Positions 36,680 through 47,721 of a stretch of 64,000 bases of DNA are shown here, piece after piece; the first letter of the stretch is position 1; every line of letters starts with the position of its first letter. The notes beneath the pieces are model-generated. The model made no database searches. It saw only the letters and a list, made by a program, of their open reading frames with translations, and had not been told where the DNA came from. The DNA is from Candidatus Latescibacterota bacterium (GTDB lineage: Bacteria > Latescibacterota > UBA2968 > GCA-2709665). Position numbers and translations under genes: made by a program. The stretch spans positions 4,704,001 to 4,768,000 of the forward strand of contig OZ252100.1 in assembly GCA_965248435.1 (NCBI GenBank). Reading direction: 5' to 3'.

Positions 36680-37309
36680 CTAGATGTTCATCACACGGTG
36701 TATTGCCTCCTCGGAAATCTCACCCGCTCTGATGATACTGGCCTTTTCCGAAGCGACATTGATGATCGTCGAAGGCCGTGCATCGGGAAGCGTTCCGCCA
36801 TCCAGGATCAGATCCACTCGATCACCCAGCTGAGAAGCCGCCTCGATCGCCGATCGGGCAGGTGGGTGGCCGGAGAGGTTTGCGCTGGTGCTCGTAACCG
36901 GACCGCCAACACGTGCCAGAAGGTCCTGAGCGATGGGGGCATCCGAGGTGCGAAGGGCAATCGTGGAACTTGTACCGAGGAGTCCTTGAGGCAGATCGTG
37001 GGCTGCCTTGAAAACGAGGGTGAGCGGCCCCGGCCAGAACGCCTCCATCAGGTCGTGCGCGGTTGGAGGGACTTCAGCTGCGAGTCGATCCAGATCGTCT
37101 TCGCCTCGGATGAGGAGAATGACGGCCTTGCCCAAATCCCTTTGTTTGACGCAAAAAATACGGCTCAAAGCATTCGGATCGAAAGGGTCGGCGCCGAGGC
37201 CGTAGACGGTTTCGGTAGGATAGACGATTACTCCCCCGCCGCGGATGAGGTCTGCAGCGTGAGAAAGATGAATGCCGGTTGCAGGCTGGGTCGGGGCAGG
37301 AGAGGTCAT
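36680..37309 (-). CDS. tsaC: L-threonylcarbamoyladenylate synthase (YrdC/Sua5)
   Basis: PTETVYGL, K.R, FWPGPLT, STSANLSG, PSTI. Confidence 0.95.
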   Translation of the reverse strand: MTSPAPTQPATGIHLSHAADLIRGGGVIVYPTETVYGLGADPFDPNALSRIFCVKQRDLGKAVILLIRGEDDLDRLAAEVPPTAHDLMEAFWPGPLTLVFKAAHDLPQGLLGTSSTIALRTSDAPIAQDLLARVGGPVTSTSANLSGHPPARSAIEAASQLGDRVDLILDGGTLPDARPSTIINVASEKASIIRAGEISEEAIHRVMNI

Positions 37310-40300
37310 TTCAAGGATCGCCCCCGGTAGGAAGAAGCGAATCCACTCGTGAGCTCGAAGAATGAGGCAAACTGGATCAGGTCTCCGAAGCCGACAAACC
37401 CATCGCCGTCCAGGTCGAAACGCGTGTCCATAGAACCGAAGGCACCCGCGAAGAGGATGAAGTCGAAGAAGTCGAGCTGGCCATCGTCGTTGAAGTCGAC
37501 GGCTTCACCTCCGGGAGGCAGGCCGGGGAGCAGTCCTCGGAATTCGATCGTGAGCACCCGAATTCGGTGGTTACCTGAATCGGCGATGTAAACCCTGCCG
37601 TCTGGCGCAGCAAATAGACCGGAAGGCGTGTCCAGACTGATCTCTGATGCGAATCCCAGGTCTCCGTTGAAGCCAGATGTTCGAGTCCCCGCAACGGTCT
37701 GGATGAGTCCGCGCTCCACGTCCAGTACACGTATGACGTGGTTGTCCGTATCGGCGATGTAGAGGTGACCCTGCCGATCGAGCGCCAGGCTTCGTGGGGC
37801 CGCGAGGTTGGCGAGGAAGCCTGGCCCACCGTCACCCGAGAATCCCGGGTCGCCCGTACCTGCAACGGTGGTGATCGTGCCGAACTCGTCGACCATGCGG
37901 ACCTTGTGGTTCTGCGTATCCGCGATGAAGATTCGGCCCAGGCTATCCGCGACCACCGAGTGGGGTCGGTTCAAGCGCGCCTGGGTTGCCGGCCCGCCGT
38001 CGCCTGCATCGCCCTGCTGGATGCTTCCGGCTACCGTTGTAATCACACCCTCGGGATTTACCCTTCGAATGCGATGGTTGAACTGGTCGGCGATCCAGAC
38101 GCTGCCGCCGGGATCGGCAAAGAGGCCCACAGGGGAGGAGAGATTGGCGGCTTCGGCCGGTCCGTCGTCACCCCCGAACCCTGAGACGCCCCGACCGGCG
38201 AAGGCGACGATCGTGTCGGACAGGGCGACCACCCTTCGCACGACCTGGCCGCCCTGTTCGGCGATCAACAGGTCGCCGTTGGGGAGCAAGGCAAGTCCAC
38301 GCGGGTCAGCTACCCGCGCATCCGATGCCGGTCCCCCGTCCCCATCCGATACCGTGACCAGCTCTTCCCCAGCGATCGTAGAAATGATGCCGGACTGTGC
38401 ATCTACGACACGGATGAGGTTGCTCTGTGTGTCGGCAATGTAAAGATTTCCAACCGAGTCGACGGCGACCGCCCTGGGCAGACGCATCCGAGCTTCGGTT
38501 GCAGGGACGCCGTCACCGGGAGGGGAGAACCCGAACCCAACACCGGAAACGGTCGTGAGAGTGGCCTGCTCGGTTTCGACTCTGGGGATGAGGTCGATCG
38601 TCAGCTGCTCCTCGATCCCGACCGCCCGAGCCGTGATATGGACCGTGCCCGGCGTTTGCCCGGCCCTAAAACGCGTACTTGCGAGCCCGTCCTGTAAGTT
38701 CACAGTCCTGGGCCCCAGAAAATTTCCGCTGCCAAACTCTTTTTTGAAGGTTATGGGGAGGCCACTCAGCAGTACGGTCTCCTCCTGTTCGTTCAGAACA
38801 GCCGCGAGGATTTCGACCTCCGCATCCCCCGTAGCCACCAGAGATGAAGATCTGGGCTGGAGGAGGATCCGGACCGGTGGCAACGGAACGGTTTCGATCA
38901 TTTCGAGCGCCTGGTTGACGGGAATGTCAAACAGGCGCTGGACGATGCCAAGAGGCCAGCGGACCGTGAGCGTATCCACAAGCTCTGCATCACCGACACC
39001 AAAGGCGACCGAGAGGGCGTCATAAGAAAGGTAGGAGGACCCGCCGGACACTTCTCGAATGGCTCGCCTTCCTGAATAGGAGATCTCGAACCGGGCGCCA
39101 ATCCCATCTCGACTGCTCTGCGTTGCCCGCGGACGCACGACAAACCAGTTTCCGTTCGCTTCCTGATTGCGGTAGATCCGATCTGTCCCGTCCTGGATCG
39201 CGACGTAGAGGTCGAGCCCGCCCTCTCCGTCGAAGTCGGCCACAGCCACACCGCGGCTGTCTGCATCGACGTCTACACCGAGCTCTTCTGCGACCTGTCT
39301 GAACCGATCTTCATCGTTTCGGAAGAGGAGGTTGGGTTCACCGCTGTTTGTCACGTAGAGGTCGAGGTCCCCATCGTTGTCAAAGTCGGCCCAAGCGACC
39401 CCTCTGCCGCGGCCCGGATCGTTGACCGCCAACCCCAGGCCCAGTTCCCGGAAGAAGCCGCCTTCGTTCGAATAGAGTCTGTTCCGTTCACCGAAGTAGA
39501 CTACGTAGAGGTCTAGGTCTCCGTCGTTGTCGTAGTCGCCCCAGGCGGCGCCGGTGCTGGGCCCGTTTTCCGTCAGGCCTGTCTGATCTGTGATGTCTGT
39601 AAAGGTCCCCCCATCGTTCCGGAAGAATCGGTTCGCCCCGCTGTTCGCAAGGAAGAGGTCGGGATCCCGATCGTTGTCGAAATCGCCCCAGACGGGCTGC
39701 ACACTGCTGTTCGAATCTGCCAGTCCGAGGTCGCCGGCGATCTCGGTGAACGTCCCCGCGTCGTTTCGAAAGAAGCGATTTCGGCCGAAGTTGGCCAGGT
39801 AAAGGTCGGGATATCCATCTCTGTTGTAGTCGGCCCAAGCCGCGCCATAGCCGTCGCCCTCGTCGGCAACGCCGGCTGCCGACGCGACGTCGACGAACGC
39901 CGAGCCATCGTTTCTAAAGAGGCGATTCGGTGTTCCGAAGTTGGTAAGGTAAAGATCGAGGTCTTCGTCACCGTCATAGTCCGCCCAGGCTGCCGCGCTG
40001 CCGTCACCGTTGTCGTCCACGCCCAGGTCCGAGCCGACCTCCGTGAAGGCCCCCCCGTCATTTCGATAGAGGAGGTTCGGTGAGAGGCTCCGGACCAGAT
40101 AGAGATCGGGATCGTCATCGCCGTCGAAATCGCCCCACGCGGCCCCGAACCCGGCCCCGGAATCCCCCATCCCCACAGATTCGCCCGCGTCAGCGAACCC
40201 GCCGGGTTTGGGGACTCTTGGGACCCCGCTCAGGTTGATCAGGACGCCGGGTTCATCCGGATCGTTGGAGAAGAGCGTCAATGCGGCTCGCTGGGTATCG

Positions 40301-41985
40301 GGGCGTGTCGGGCGGAAGGTGACAGAAAGGGAGGCGACCTGACCTGACGTAACGCGCAAGAAATCCGTGAGTCCGACAGCGAACTGAGTGGTGTCGCTCA
40401 GGATCGCCCTGTCGACGACGAGCACACCGGCTCCGAGATTGGATACCAGGAGTTCCCCTGACGCCTCGCTCCCGACGAAGGTGCGTGGGAAATCCAGCTC
40501 TAGGGGGGTGACGCCGATGTCCGGGAAGAGACCAGCGCCTCGGAGGATGACCGTGGATGTCGGACGCCGTGGGTCATCGGAGCTCAGCGTGAGCAGCCCT
40601 TCTAGGCCGCCCTCCCTGATTGGGTTCAACTGGACAGCAACCTGTACGCTTTCAAAGGGCGGGATCTCGGCCGGAAGGGGTGAAGTGACGGCAAAATCCG
40701 GGACGTCGACGGTGGCGTCGGTGATCGTAAGTGTAGCGTTCCCGTCGTTCGAAACATCCAGGAAGAGGGTCTTGGGATCCCCGACACTGACCTCCCTGAA
40801 GTCGAGGGCCGTCTGGAAGAGGTCGAAAATCGGTGTCCGGAAAGATGGGTCCACGAGCCGCCTTATCCGATTGTTCTCCGTATCTACGATCAGCAGGTCA
40901 CCCCCCGGTTCGACCTGGACCCGCACCGGCAGGTTCAATTCCGACTCCAGGCCCAACCCCCCTTCTCCCACCAGACCCACCCTGCCGTTACCGGCTACGG
41001 TCAGAATGACGCCGGTTTCTGCTTCAACCATCCGAACGCGATGGTTCCCTGTGTCGGCCAGGTAAAGGTTGCCGGCGTCGTCGACGGCGATGCCGAAGGG
41101 AACGTTCAGCTGGGCCAGGGTGGCAGGCCCACCATCCCCCCCATATCCACCTTCGAGCGTGATCGGATTTGCCGCACCCCGGCCCGCGACCGTGGTTATC
41201 GTCGCCGTGGTCCTCGCAACTCTCCGGATGCGGTGGTTGTTGAAATCCGCGATGTAGAGGTTGCCTTCCGCGTCCAGTGCCAATCCCTGGGGAGAGAATC
41301 CAGCCTCGGTCGCCGGACCGTCGTCGCCCGAGTAGATGGCGCTTCCGCTGCCTGCGAACCGCTCGACGATGCCCGACGCGAAATCTATTCGCCGGACCAG
41401 ATGGTTTTCACCCCGCTGAGAGGCGCCGATCCCCTCCGCGAGGAAGAGACCTCCGTCTCCGTCAACCTGGAGGTCGACGATTTCATCGAATGTCGCTTCC
41501 GATGCCAATCCGCCGTCTCCCGCGTTTCCGCGGTCACCCGTACCGGCGATTGTCGTGATGGTTCCCGTGATGGCGTCTACTCTGCGGATCCTGCCGTTAG
41601 CCGAATCAGCAATGTAAAGGTTGCCGGCTGAATCGAGGCTCAACCCGTGCGGCTCGTTGAGCTGAGCGGATGTAGCAGGTCCATCATCCCCGGAGAAACC
41701 TGCGACGCCCGTACCCGCGACCGTGACGGCAAGACCGGTGGCAGCATCGACCTTTCGGACGCGATGATTGAAGGTGTCAGCGACATAAAAATTACCGGCA
41801 GAATCGAGCTCCGCATCAAATGGGGTTTGAAGCAGGAGTTCAACCGCCGGCATCTGTTCTTCCTCCCGATCCCCTCCACCCGCAATCGTTACGAGAACGC
41901 CCGGTTCCTGTGCGGAACCGATTCCAGCCCAAGACACCAAGAGCAGGACCGCCAGCCAGAGCCACCCTTGTCGCAGATTCATCAT
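37306..41985 (-). CDS. large secreted protein: NHL repeats, Ig-like domains, FG-GAP/CRTAC1-ASPIC, second NHL array, dockerin-like EF-hand pair
   Basis: Signal peptide from ATG 41985; IAD..NHRIR repeats; WGDxDxDGDxDLY repeats; FGVG...VRWP; C-terminal DFNDDGQLDFFDF / DLDGDGFVGFGD. Confidence 0.88.
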   Translation of the reverse strand: MMNLRQGWLWLAVLLLVSWAGIGSAQEPGVLVTIAGGGDREEEQMPAVELLLQTPFDAELDSAGNFYVADTFNHRVRKVDAATGLAVTVAGTGVAGFSGDDGPATSAQLNEPHGLSLDSAGNLYIADSANGRIRRVDAITGTITTIAGTGDRGNAGDGGLASEATFDEIVDLQVDGDGGLFLAEGIGASQRGENHLVRRIDFASGIVERFAGSGSAIYSGDDGPATEAGFSPQGLALDAEGNLYIADFNNHRIRRVARTTATITTVAGRGAANPITLEGGYGGDGGPATLAQLNVPFGIAVDDAGNLYLADTGNHRVRMVEAETGVILTVAGNGRVGLVGEGGLGLESELNLPVRVQVEPGGDLLIVDTENNRIRRLVDPSFRTPIFDLFQTALDFREVSVGDPKTLFLDVSNDGNATLTITDATVDVPDFAVTSPLPAEIPPFESVQVAVQLNPIREGGLEGLLTLSSDDPRRPTSTVILRGAGLFPDIGVTPLELDFPRTFVGSEASGELLVSNLGAGVLVVDRAILSDTTQFAVGLTDFLRVTSGQVASLSVTFRPTRPDTQRAALTLFSNDPDEPGVLINLSGVPRVPKPGGFADAGESVGMGDSGAGFGAAWGDFDGDDDPDLYLVRSLSPNLLYRNDGGAFTEVGSDLGVDDNGDGSAAAWADYDGDEDLDLYLTNFGTPNRLFRNDGSAFVDVASAAGVADEGDGYGAAWADYNRDGYPDLYLANFGRNRFFRNDAGTFTEIAGDLGLADSNSSVQPVWGDFDNDRDPDLFLANSGANRFFRNDGGTFTDITDQTGLTENGPSTGAAWGDYDNDGDLDLYVVYFGERNRLYSNEGGFFRELGLGLAVNDPGRGRGVAWADFDNDGDLDLYVTNSGEPNLLFRNDEDRFRQVAEELGVDVDADSRGVAVADFDGEGGLDLYVAIQDGTDRIYRNQEANGNWFVVRPRATQSSRDGIGARFEISYSGRRAIREVSGGSSYLSYDALSVAFGVGDAELVDTLTVRWPLGIVQRLFDIPVNQALEMIETVPLPPVRILLQPRSSSLVATGDAEVEILAAVLNEQEETVLLSGLPITFKKEFGSGNFLGPRTVNLQDGLASTRFRAGQTPGTVHITARAVGIEEQLTIDLIPRVETEQATLTTVSGVGFGFSPPGDGVPATEARMRLPRAVAVDSVGNLYIADTQSNLIRVVDAQSGIISTIAGEELVTVSDGDGGPASDARVADPRGLALLPNGDLLIAEQGGQVVRRVVALSDTIVAFAGRGVSGFGGDDGPAEAANLSSPVGLFADPGGSVWIADQFNHRIRRVNPEGVITTVAGSIQQGDAGDGGPATQARLNRPHSVVADSLGRIFIADTQNHKVRMVDEFGTITTVAGTGDPGFSGDGGPGFLANLAAPRSLALDRQGHLYIADTDNHVIRVLDVERGLIQTVAGTRTSGFNGDLGFASEISLDTPSGLFAAPDGRVYIADSGNHRIRVLTIEFRGLLPGLPPGGEAVDFNDDGQLDFFDFILFAGAFGSMDTRFDLDGDGFVGFGDLIQFASFFELTSGFASSYRGRSLK

Positions 41986-42060
41986 CCCTCGATCAGGTCC
42001 TGACTTTTGGTCGATTACGCCCCTTCCCATCCACCCGATCAAAAACGTCTCCACCAGGCA

Positions 42061-43269
42061 CTAGACCTCTTTGTTAGACCTCAGTTCACGAAATATGCCC
42101 TGCAACTTCGCCCTGTCGTCCGACTCAAGACCTCGATAGGCCTCGAAGGTGAAGGCGAGCAGGACGCTCAGAACCAGACTGAGACCTGCCGCGAGGCAGA
42201 CCATGAGCGTCCGCCTGGGTTTGCTCCGAGTTTCCGGTGGCAGGGCACGGTCGAGCACGATGACGACTGCCGTCTCCTTCGCCTCCTCCAGACTTGACTT
42301 CTCGTACTCCTGTCGGACGAACTGGTAGATGGCGTTCTGGATTTCAACGTCTCGCAGATGTTGCATGGCCTGGAGCCCGAGGGCGGGGACTTCCCGGAAG
42401 GGGATGAAGATTTCAGGGAGCTCTCCGTTCGTCCCAACGTTCTGTTCCCCGGTCTGTTTCTCTGTCCCGAACCGGCCCATCAGAATTCGGTCCAGGGCCT
42501 CCTTTGCGCCGGAGATCTCCATGTCCAGCTGTTTCAATTGGGGGTGGTCGGGTTCCATCAGGCTGGCAGCCATTTCCCTTTTAATGACCAGTTCTCCAAA
42601 GGTCGTAAATAGGTTAGAGGCCAATTCGATCTGCGACTTTGCCTGGGACTCCAGGTCCAGGGCCATGTGCTCCTTTTGAAAGTCGTGATATGCCCGCTCT
42701 GCACCCCGCATCTGGCGCTTGGCTTCAACGAGTCGCTTCTCGAAATAGTCTCTGAGTCCTCCGGCTTGTTCCTGGCGCCTCGCCCGCAGTGCGAGATCCA
42801 GTTCTTCCACGAACGCGTTTGTGATGTCCGCGGAGAGGTGGGGCGTTTCATCTTCGTAGGAAACGGAAAGGAACTTTTCACGGGAGAGCTCCACCTCCAG
42901 ACGGTCGGCGACCATTTCGAAGAGTTCCTCGCGCGTTTCCGGTTCGTATCGCTCCGAAAGGTCGAATCGCCGGATTACGGCACCTGCCACGCGGTTGCTT
43001 TTTAGTACAGGCACGAAATCGGTCGCCGAGACAGCGCCCTCGCTCATCCCCAGAATTCCCATCGGGAGGTTGCCCAGGAGGCTCGACAGGCCGAAATTCT
43101 CCTGACTTTCCTTGGGAGGATAGACGACGGAATAGGCCCGGTAGGCTTCGGGGAGGACCAGGCTGATGATCGCCGTGATCAAAGAGACGGTCAGAATGAC
43201 GGACACGATCATCCGCCGCCACCTAACGATGACCTCGAGATGATCCAGCAGGTTCTTCTCGCGATCCAT
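42061..43269 (-). CDS. polysaccharide chain-length determinant (Wzz/GumC, GNVR)
   Basis: Two TM segments, coiled coil, LDRALPPETRSKPRR motif; ATG 43269 overlaps the upstream stop. Confidence 0.88.
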   Translation of the reverse strand: MDREKNLLDHLEVIVRWRRMIVSVILTVSLITAIISLVLPEAYRAYSVVYPPKESQENFGLSSLLGNLPMGILGMSEGAVSATDFVPVLKSNRVAGAVIRRFDLSERYEPETREELFEMVADRLEVELSREKFLSVSYEDETPHLSADITNAFVEELDLALRARRQEQAGGLRDYFEKRLVEAKRQMRGAERAYHDFQKEHMALDLESQAKSQIELASNLFTTFGELVIKREMAASLMEPDHPQLKQLDMEISGAKEALDRILMGRFGTEKQTGEQNVGTNGELPEIFIPFREVPALGLQAMQHLRDVEIQNAIYQFVRQEYEKSSLEEAKETAVVIVLDRALPPETRSKPRRTLMVCLAAGLSLVLSVLLAFTFEAYRGLESDDRAKLQGIFRELRSNKEV

Positions 43270-44960
43270 CAGCGAATACTCCTGACGGCGATAACGAGCG
43301 TAGCGACCTGAGTGAGTACTAGCAGTGTTTCTCGGAAGAGGCGCCATGTCTCACCGGGCATTTTGCCCGGAACGTAGATCTCGTCCCCGGGATCAAGCCG
43401 GTTTACCTTGGAAGCGTCGATCCAGTTTCCCGTACTGGCCTTGATTACGATCACGTCGCCGGATTTGGCCCGCTCGTTGTACCCGCCCGCCCGGTCGATG
43501 TAGGTTCGAACAGCATAGGTAGAATCGAAAGGGATTGCGCCCGGGGTGATGACGAAACCGGTGACCAGTATAGAAGGGACCAGCTTGGGCACTCGGACGA
43601 TGTCATCCGCGTGCAGCGTGATGTTCTGTGAAGCGTCGTTTCCCACGAACAGGGCCACGAAGTCCACGGGGAGGCGGGCTCGTTCCTGCTGCGTTTTCAT
43701 GGATAGGTAGGTCCGCTGGTCCGGCGTCAAGATGGCCGGTGAGAGGGACTTGAGCCGGTTTGCCCTGTCTTGACCGCCCTCATACTGCACCTGGCGGAAC
43801 ACCGAGGCTTGGGCAAGCGAGGCATGGGGTGTGAACCCCCCCGCTTTTTGAATCAGGTCCCGAAGGGTAAGATCCGCTTCGAGGGGGAAAGATCCTGGAA
43901 AGTAGACCTCTCCTTCAACCGTGATTCGAGGCTTCAACCCCTCAACGTAGAGCTTGTCGTCCCTCTGGAGCTTCAGATCGGCACCCGAATCCCCGTTCAA
44001 AGCCTCGTGAAGGAAGACCTGCACGCGTTTTTCACTCTGCTCCTCTCTCGAAAGCCGCAGGAGTTCTCCCGCGGCGGCTGCCGAATCGGCGGTCAGACCG
44101 CCGGCCAACATAACAAGATTCGAGACCCGATCTCCCGAAACGAACTCGTAGTTTCCGGGCTGCTGAACAGAACCAGAAATGCTGACCGAGTCCCGCAGTG
44201 TCGGTACGTAGATCTGGTCTCCATCCAGAATGAACGGATTGTGGCCTATGTCACCAGTGATACGCCATAACGCCAGATCGGCCTTCTGGCCTGTCGGCTG
44301 CGAGATGCCGTTTTCGGATACCCTGTGGATCCGCACGTTTCGCTGAGAGGCCCTGCCATCTGGACCGCTCAGGAGGCCACCCGCTTTGGAGACGAGATCT
44401 GAGACCTGTTCAACGCCTTCAACCAGGTACGAACCCGGGAATTGGACCTCGCCAAGCACGTCCACGGGAAAGCTTCGAAGCCGGGTGAGGGTGACGTCGA
44501 TATCCAGATGTCGAAAACGGTTCTTGATCCCGGCCTTAATCTGCTCGTGCGCCTCCGAAAGGGATAACCCTGCAACTTCCACAGCCCCGACGTAAGGAAT
44601 GACAAGCCTGCCCTCCGCACCGATCAGGACCTCGAACACCTCCGGCTCCTCACCGCCATCGAGCAGGATCACGAACGTATCGCCCGGGCCCACGATATAC
44701 CGTCCAGATCGGATGACAGAGTCGTAGGCCGCCTTGCCGATACGCCCAACATCCATTTGAAAGAGGTCCTTCTGCTCGTCCCTGGCGGTCTGTCCTCGAG
44801 TTGAGAGTCCCCTGCCTCTCTGGGTTCTGCCTTTTGAGCTCCGCTGTGCAAATCCAAGCACGGGCTGGAAGATCAGGCCGAAGACGAGCAGCCAAACGAG
44901 GGTCTTCGATCCTGTCGATCGACTGTCCATCCTATGCGGATCTAAGCGTTTCGTGATCAT
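43269..44960 (-). CDS. polysaccharide export protein with SLBB repeats (Wza/KpsD-like)
   Basis: YIVGPGD, EG...IPYVG, repeated GEVxxPGxY...AGG SLBB units. Confidence 0.9.
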   Translation of the reverse strand: MITKRLDPHRMDSRSTGSKTLVWLLVFGLIFQPVLGFAQRSSKGRTQRGRGLSTRGQTARDEQKDLFQMDVGRIGKAAYDSVIRSGRYIVGPGDTFVILLDGGEEPEVFEVLIGAEGRLVIPYVGAVEVAGLSLSEAHEQIKAGIKNRFRHLDIDVTLTRLRSFPVDVLGEVQFPGSYLVEGVEQVSDLVSKAGGLLSGPDGRASQRNVRIHRVSENGISQPTGQKADLALWRITGDIGHNPFILDGDQIYVPTLRDSVSISGSVQQPGNYEFVSGDRVSNLVMLAGGLTADSAAAAGELLRLSREEQSEKRVQVFLHEALNGDSGADLKLQRDDKLYVEGLKPRITVEGEVYFPGSFPLEADLTLRDLIQKAGGFTPHASLAQASVFRQVQYEGGQDRANRLKSLSPAILTPDQRTYLSMKTQQERARLPVDFVALFVGNDASQNITLHADDIVRVPKLVPSILVTGFVITPGAIPFDSTYAVRTYIDRAGGYNERAKSGDVIVIKASTGNWIDASKVNRLDPGDEIYVPGKMPGETWRLFRETLLVLTQVATLVIAVRSIR

Positions 44961-45856
44961 TCGATCATCACTCCATCAGGATCGACTTCCAGTACAAGTC
45001 CGTCCGCCTCAACGCCCTCTCGTTTCCAGGCATCGACCATCGCTTCCTTTATGGTTTCGGTGTCTGCGGTCGCGAATGCAAGGAGGGATGGTCCTGCGCC
45101 GCTGAGACACGTCCCCAGCGCTCCGGCCTTCCGGGCGGCCGACAGAACGGCCTCGAAGCCCGGTATGAAAGGCGCGCGATAAGGCTCATGAAGACGGTCT
45201 TGCATGGCCCGACGGAGTACTGTGAGGTCTCCAGTGACGAGCGCAGCCGTCAACAAGCAGGCCTGGTTGACGTTCGTGGTGGCCTCACGGTGCGAGACCT
45301 GCTTTGGAAGGGCGGCTCTCGCCGCCTTGGTCTCGAGCTCGAATTGAGGAACCGCGACAACGGCTCTGAGCTCGGCAGGGGGCAGAGCCCGTATCACTTC
45401 GGTCCCCTTGCCCACGACGGAACAGATCGTAAGACCACCGATCAAGCAGGCGGACACGTTGTCGGGATGTCCCTCGATCTCTGTCGCCAGATCGAGCAGT
45501 TCGGGCTCTGACAAGGACCTTTCGAAAAGGTGATTTGCGGCGACGAGACCCGCGACGATCGCGGTGGAACTGCTGCCGAGCCCTCTTGCCAGGGGGACCT
45601 CGTTGTGCATTTCCACGTCGAGCCCCGGCAGCACCTTACCGATCCTCGAGGCGGCAGCTGATGCGGCCTGGTAGAAGAGGTTCTGTTCGTCTCCAGGAAG
45701 TACGCCTGCCCCTTCGCCTGTGACTGAGATGCGCGCGCCGGCGTGTGAGGTGGTCTTTATCGTGAGCTGGTTGTAAATGGTGAGCGCCAGGCCGAGGGTA
45801 TCAAACCCCGGCCCGAGGTTCGAGGTTGAACCAGGGACCCTAAATCGAATTTCCAT
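44957..45856 (-). CDS. thrB: homoserine kinase
   Basis: SNLGPGFDTLG, PLARGLGSS, EGHPDN, SGAGPS. Confidence 0.97.
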   Translation of the reverse strand: MEIRFRVPGSTSNLGPGFDTLGLALTIYNQLTIKTTSHAGARISVTGEGAGVLPGDEQNLFYQAASAAASRIGKVLPGLDVEMHNEVPLARGLGSSSTAIVAGLVAANHLFERSLSEPELLDLATEIEGHPDNVSACLIGGLTICSVVGKGTEVIRALPPAELRAVVAVPQFELETKAARAALPKQVSHREATTNVNQACLLTAALVTGDLTVLRRAMQDRLHEPYRAPFIPGFEAVLSAARKAGALGTCLSGAGPSLLAFATADTETIKEAMVDAWKREGVEADGLVLEVDPDGVMIE

Positions 45857-46965
45857 CAGGCATCCCTCACCAATTCCAGAGAGACGGAGTCGGCCAGCAA
45901 GAGCCCCTGTCGCGTCAGCCGAACGTTTTGCCCATCGAGCTCCAGAAGGTTTTGTGACAGTAGCCGGTCGAATTGTGGACTTTCGCGCAAGACCTCCTGA
46001 GCGACGCCCTGCCTTTGTCGTAGGCCAAGCATAACGCTTTCCAGATGACGGTCCGCGTCCGAGATCACTTCACAGCCAGCCACGGCCTTCCCCGAGGACG
46101 CTACTTCCCCAAGATAAGCAGACAAATCCCGAGTATTCCAGGACCTGCGGCCGTTCAGGAAGGAATGCGCCGAAAGTCCGATGCCCAGGTAGTCATTCCG
46201 ATCCCAACAGGCGAGGTTGTGTTGAGATGCGAAACCGGGCAGGGCAAAGTTAGAGACCTCATATTGGATGTAGCCGGCCTCGGACAGCCTGTCGAGCGTG
46301 TGCTCATAGAACTCGGCTTGTGCATCTTCCGAGGGGAGAGGAAGGCGACCCTTCTGGAAACGCCTCCAGAAGGCTGTTCCCGGCTCCACCGTAAGGCCGT
46401 AGATCGAGAGGTGCTCTGGACCGAGATGGATGGCCGACTCGAGTGTCGACTGCCACTCGTGAGCGGTCTGGTCAGGCGCCCCGAAGATGAGATCGATGTT
46501 GACATTTCGGAAGCCGGCTTCCCGAGCGGCACGAAACGCAGCGATCGCATCGGCCGAAGTGTGGTTCCGACCGAGGGCCTTGAGAGCTCGGTCATTCATC
46601 GCTTGAACTCCGAGGCTCAGGCGGTTGATCCCAATTTTTGCCAGGCCCCTGAATGACTGCAGGTCTCCGGGATTGGCCTCAAGGGTGATCTCCGCGTCTT
46701 GAAGGACCGTCGCCTCGCGTTCCAGGACGTCAGCCAGGCGCTTAACAGAATCAACGGGGATTGCAGAGGGTGTCCCTCCACCGAAGTAGACCGTCTGGAA
46801 CATCGGGTCCGGGCCGAGTTCAACCGACCGAACGTTAAACTCAAGGATGAGTGCATCGACGTAGCGGTCAACCAGGTGACGATTGCCCACGACGAAGGCG
46901 AAGTCACAGTATGGACAGGCCGAGGCGCAGAAGGGGATGTGTATGTAGAGACCTGAAGACGTCAT
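45856..46965 (-). CDS. hemW: radical SAM heme chaperone (HemN-like)
   Basis: LYIHIPFC...CPYCDF, YFGGGTPS, YEVSNFA, HN. Confidence 0.9.
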   Translation of the reverse strand: MTSSGLYIHIPFCASACPYCDFAFVVGNRHLVDRYVDALILEFNVRSVELGPDPMFQTVYFGGGTPSAIPVDSVKRLADVLEREATVLQDAEITLEANPGDLQSFRGLAKIGINRLSLGVQAMNDRALKALGRNHTSADAIAAFRAAREAGFRNVNIDLIFGAPDQTAHEWQSTLESAIHLGPEHLSIYGLTVEPGTAFWRRFQKGRLPLPSEDAQAEFYEHTLDRLSEAGYIQYEVSNFALPGFASQHNLACWDRNDYLGIGLSAHSFLNGRRSWNTRDLSAYLGEVASSGKAVAGCEVISDADRHLESVMLGLRQRQGVAQEVLRESPQFDRLLSQNLLELDGQNVRLTRQGLLLADSVSLELVRDA

Positions 46966-46977
46966 GGGTCTGTGTTC

Positions 46978-47700
46978 TCAGTTAACGACCCTGCCGATCC
47001 TCTTCCATCGGACCCGGCTCGGGAAGTGGAGAATATTGTAGAACAGTATCTTCGGGATCGAAAACAGACCTTCGTACTCGGGCGCATCTGCATCGGGGGC
47101 CCAAGACCCGTAGATGATGAAGGCTTTTCCTCTAATGAATTTATAGGGAAGTAAGCCCCAGTAGCGGCTGTCTTCGCTGTTATCGCGATTGTCGCCCATC
47201 ATGAAGAAGTGACCGGGCGGAACCACGATCGGCCCGAAGTTATCCCGCTTACCGTTGCGATGGCCCTTGGGGAGCGGAGCCCCCTTTGCCGTGTATTTGG
47301 AAAGAGGTGGATCGACTGCCCGCTCCCCATTCACGTAGGGCACCTTTCGAACCTCTACCGTCTGACCGGGACCGGCGATGCATCGCTTGATAAAGTCCCG
47401 GCTGGGATCGTCCGGATACTGAAAGATGACGATGTCCCCCGGCTCGGGTTCACGGAAGGCCGGCAGCCTCCATTCCGTGAACGGGACCTTGGCGCCGAAG
47501 ATGAATTTGTTGGCAAGAAGAAAGTCCCCCACGAGGAGTGTATCTTCCATCGACGACGAGGGGATACGAAAGGCCTGCACAAGGAATGTCCGGAGGACGA
47601 AGACCAAAACGACGGCAACCAGAATAACTTCAAGGTACTCCCTAACCAGGGACTTTTTTCGCGGTTTCGCTTTCCTTCTCCCGGATCTTTTCTTTGCCAT
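46978..47700 (-). CDS. lepB: signal peptidase I
   Basis: IPSSSM, IKRC, MGDNRDNSEDSRYWG. Confidence 0.96.
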   Translation of the reverse strand: MAKKRSGRRKAKPRKKSLVREYLEVILVAVVLVFVLRTFLVQAFRIPSSSMEDTLLVGDFLLANKFIFGAKVPFTEWRLPAFREPEPGDIVIFQYPDDPSRDFIKRCIAGPGQTVEVRKVPYVNGERAVDPPLSKYTAKGAPLPKGHRNGKRDNFGPIVVPPGHFFMMGDNRDNSEDSRYWGLLPYKFIRGKAFIIYGSWAPDADAPEYEGLFSIPKILFYNILHFPSRVRWKRIGRVVN

Positions 47701-47721
47701 CGTGCCCTAAATCGGTTCTCC

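Noticed and set aside
47330-47365. lepB inactivation (VEVRKVPYVNG looks one residue short)
   Set aside because: The frame is intact and catalytic Ser/Lys motifs are present; a minor variant or small assembly indel.
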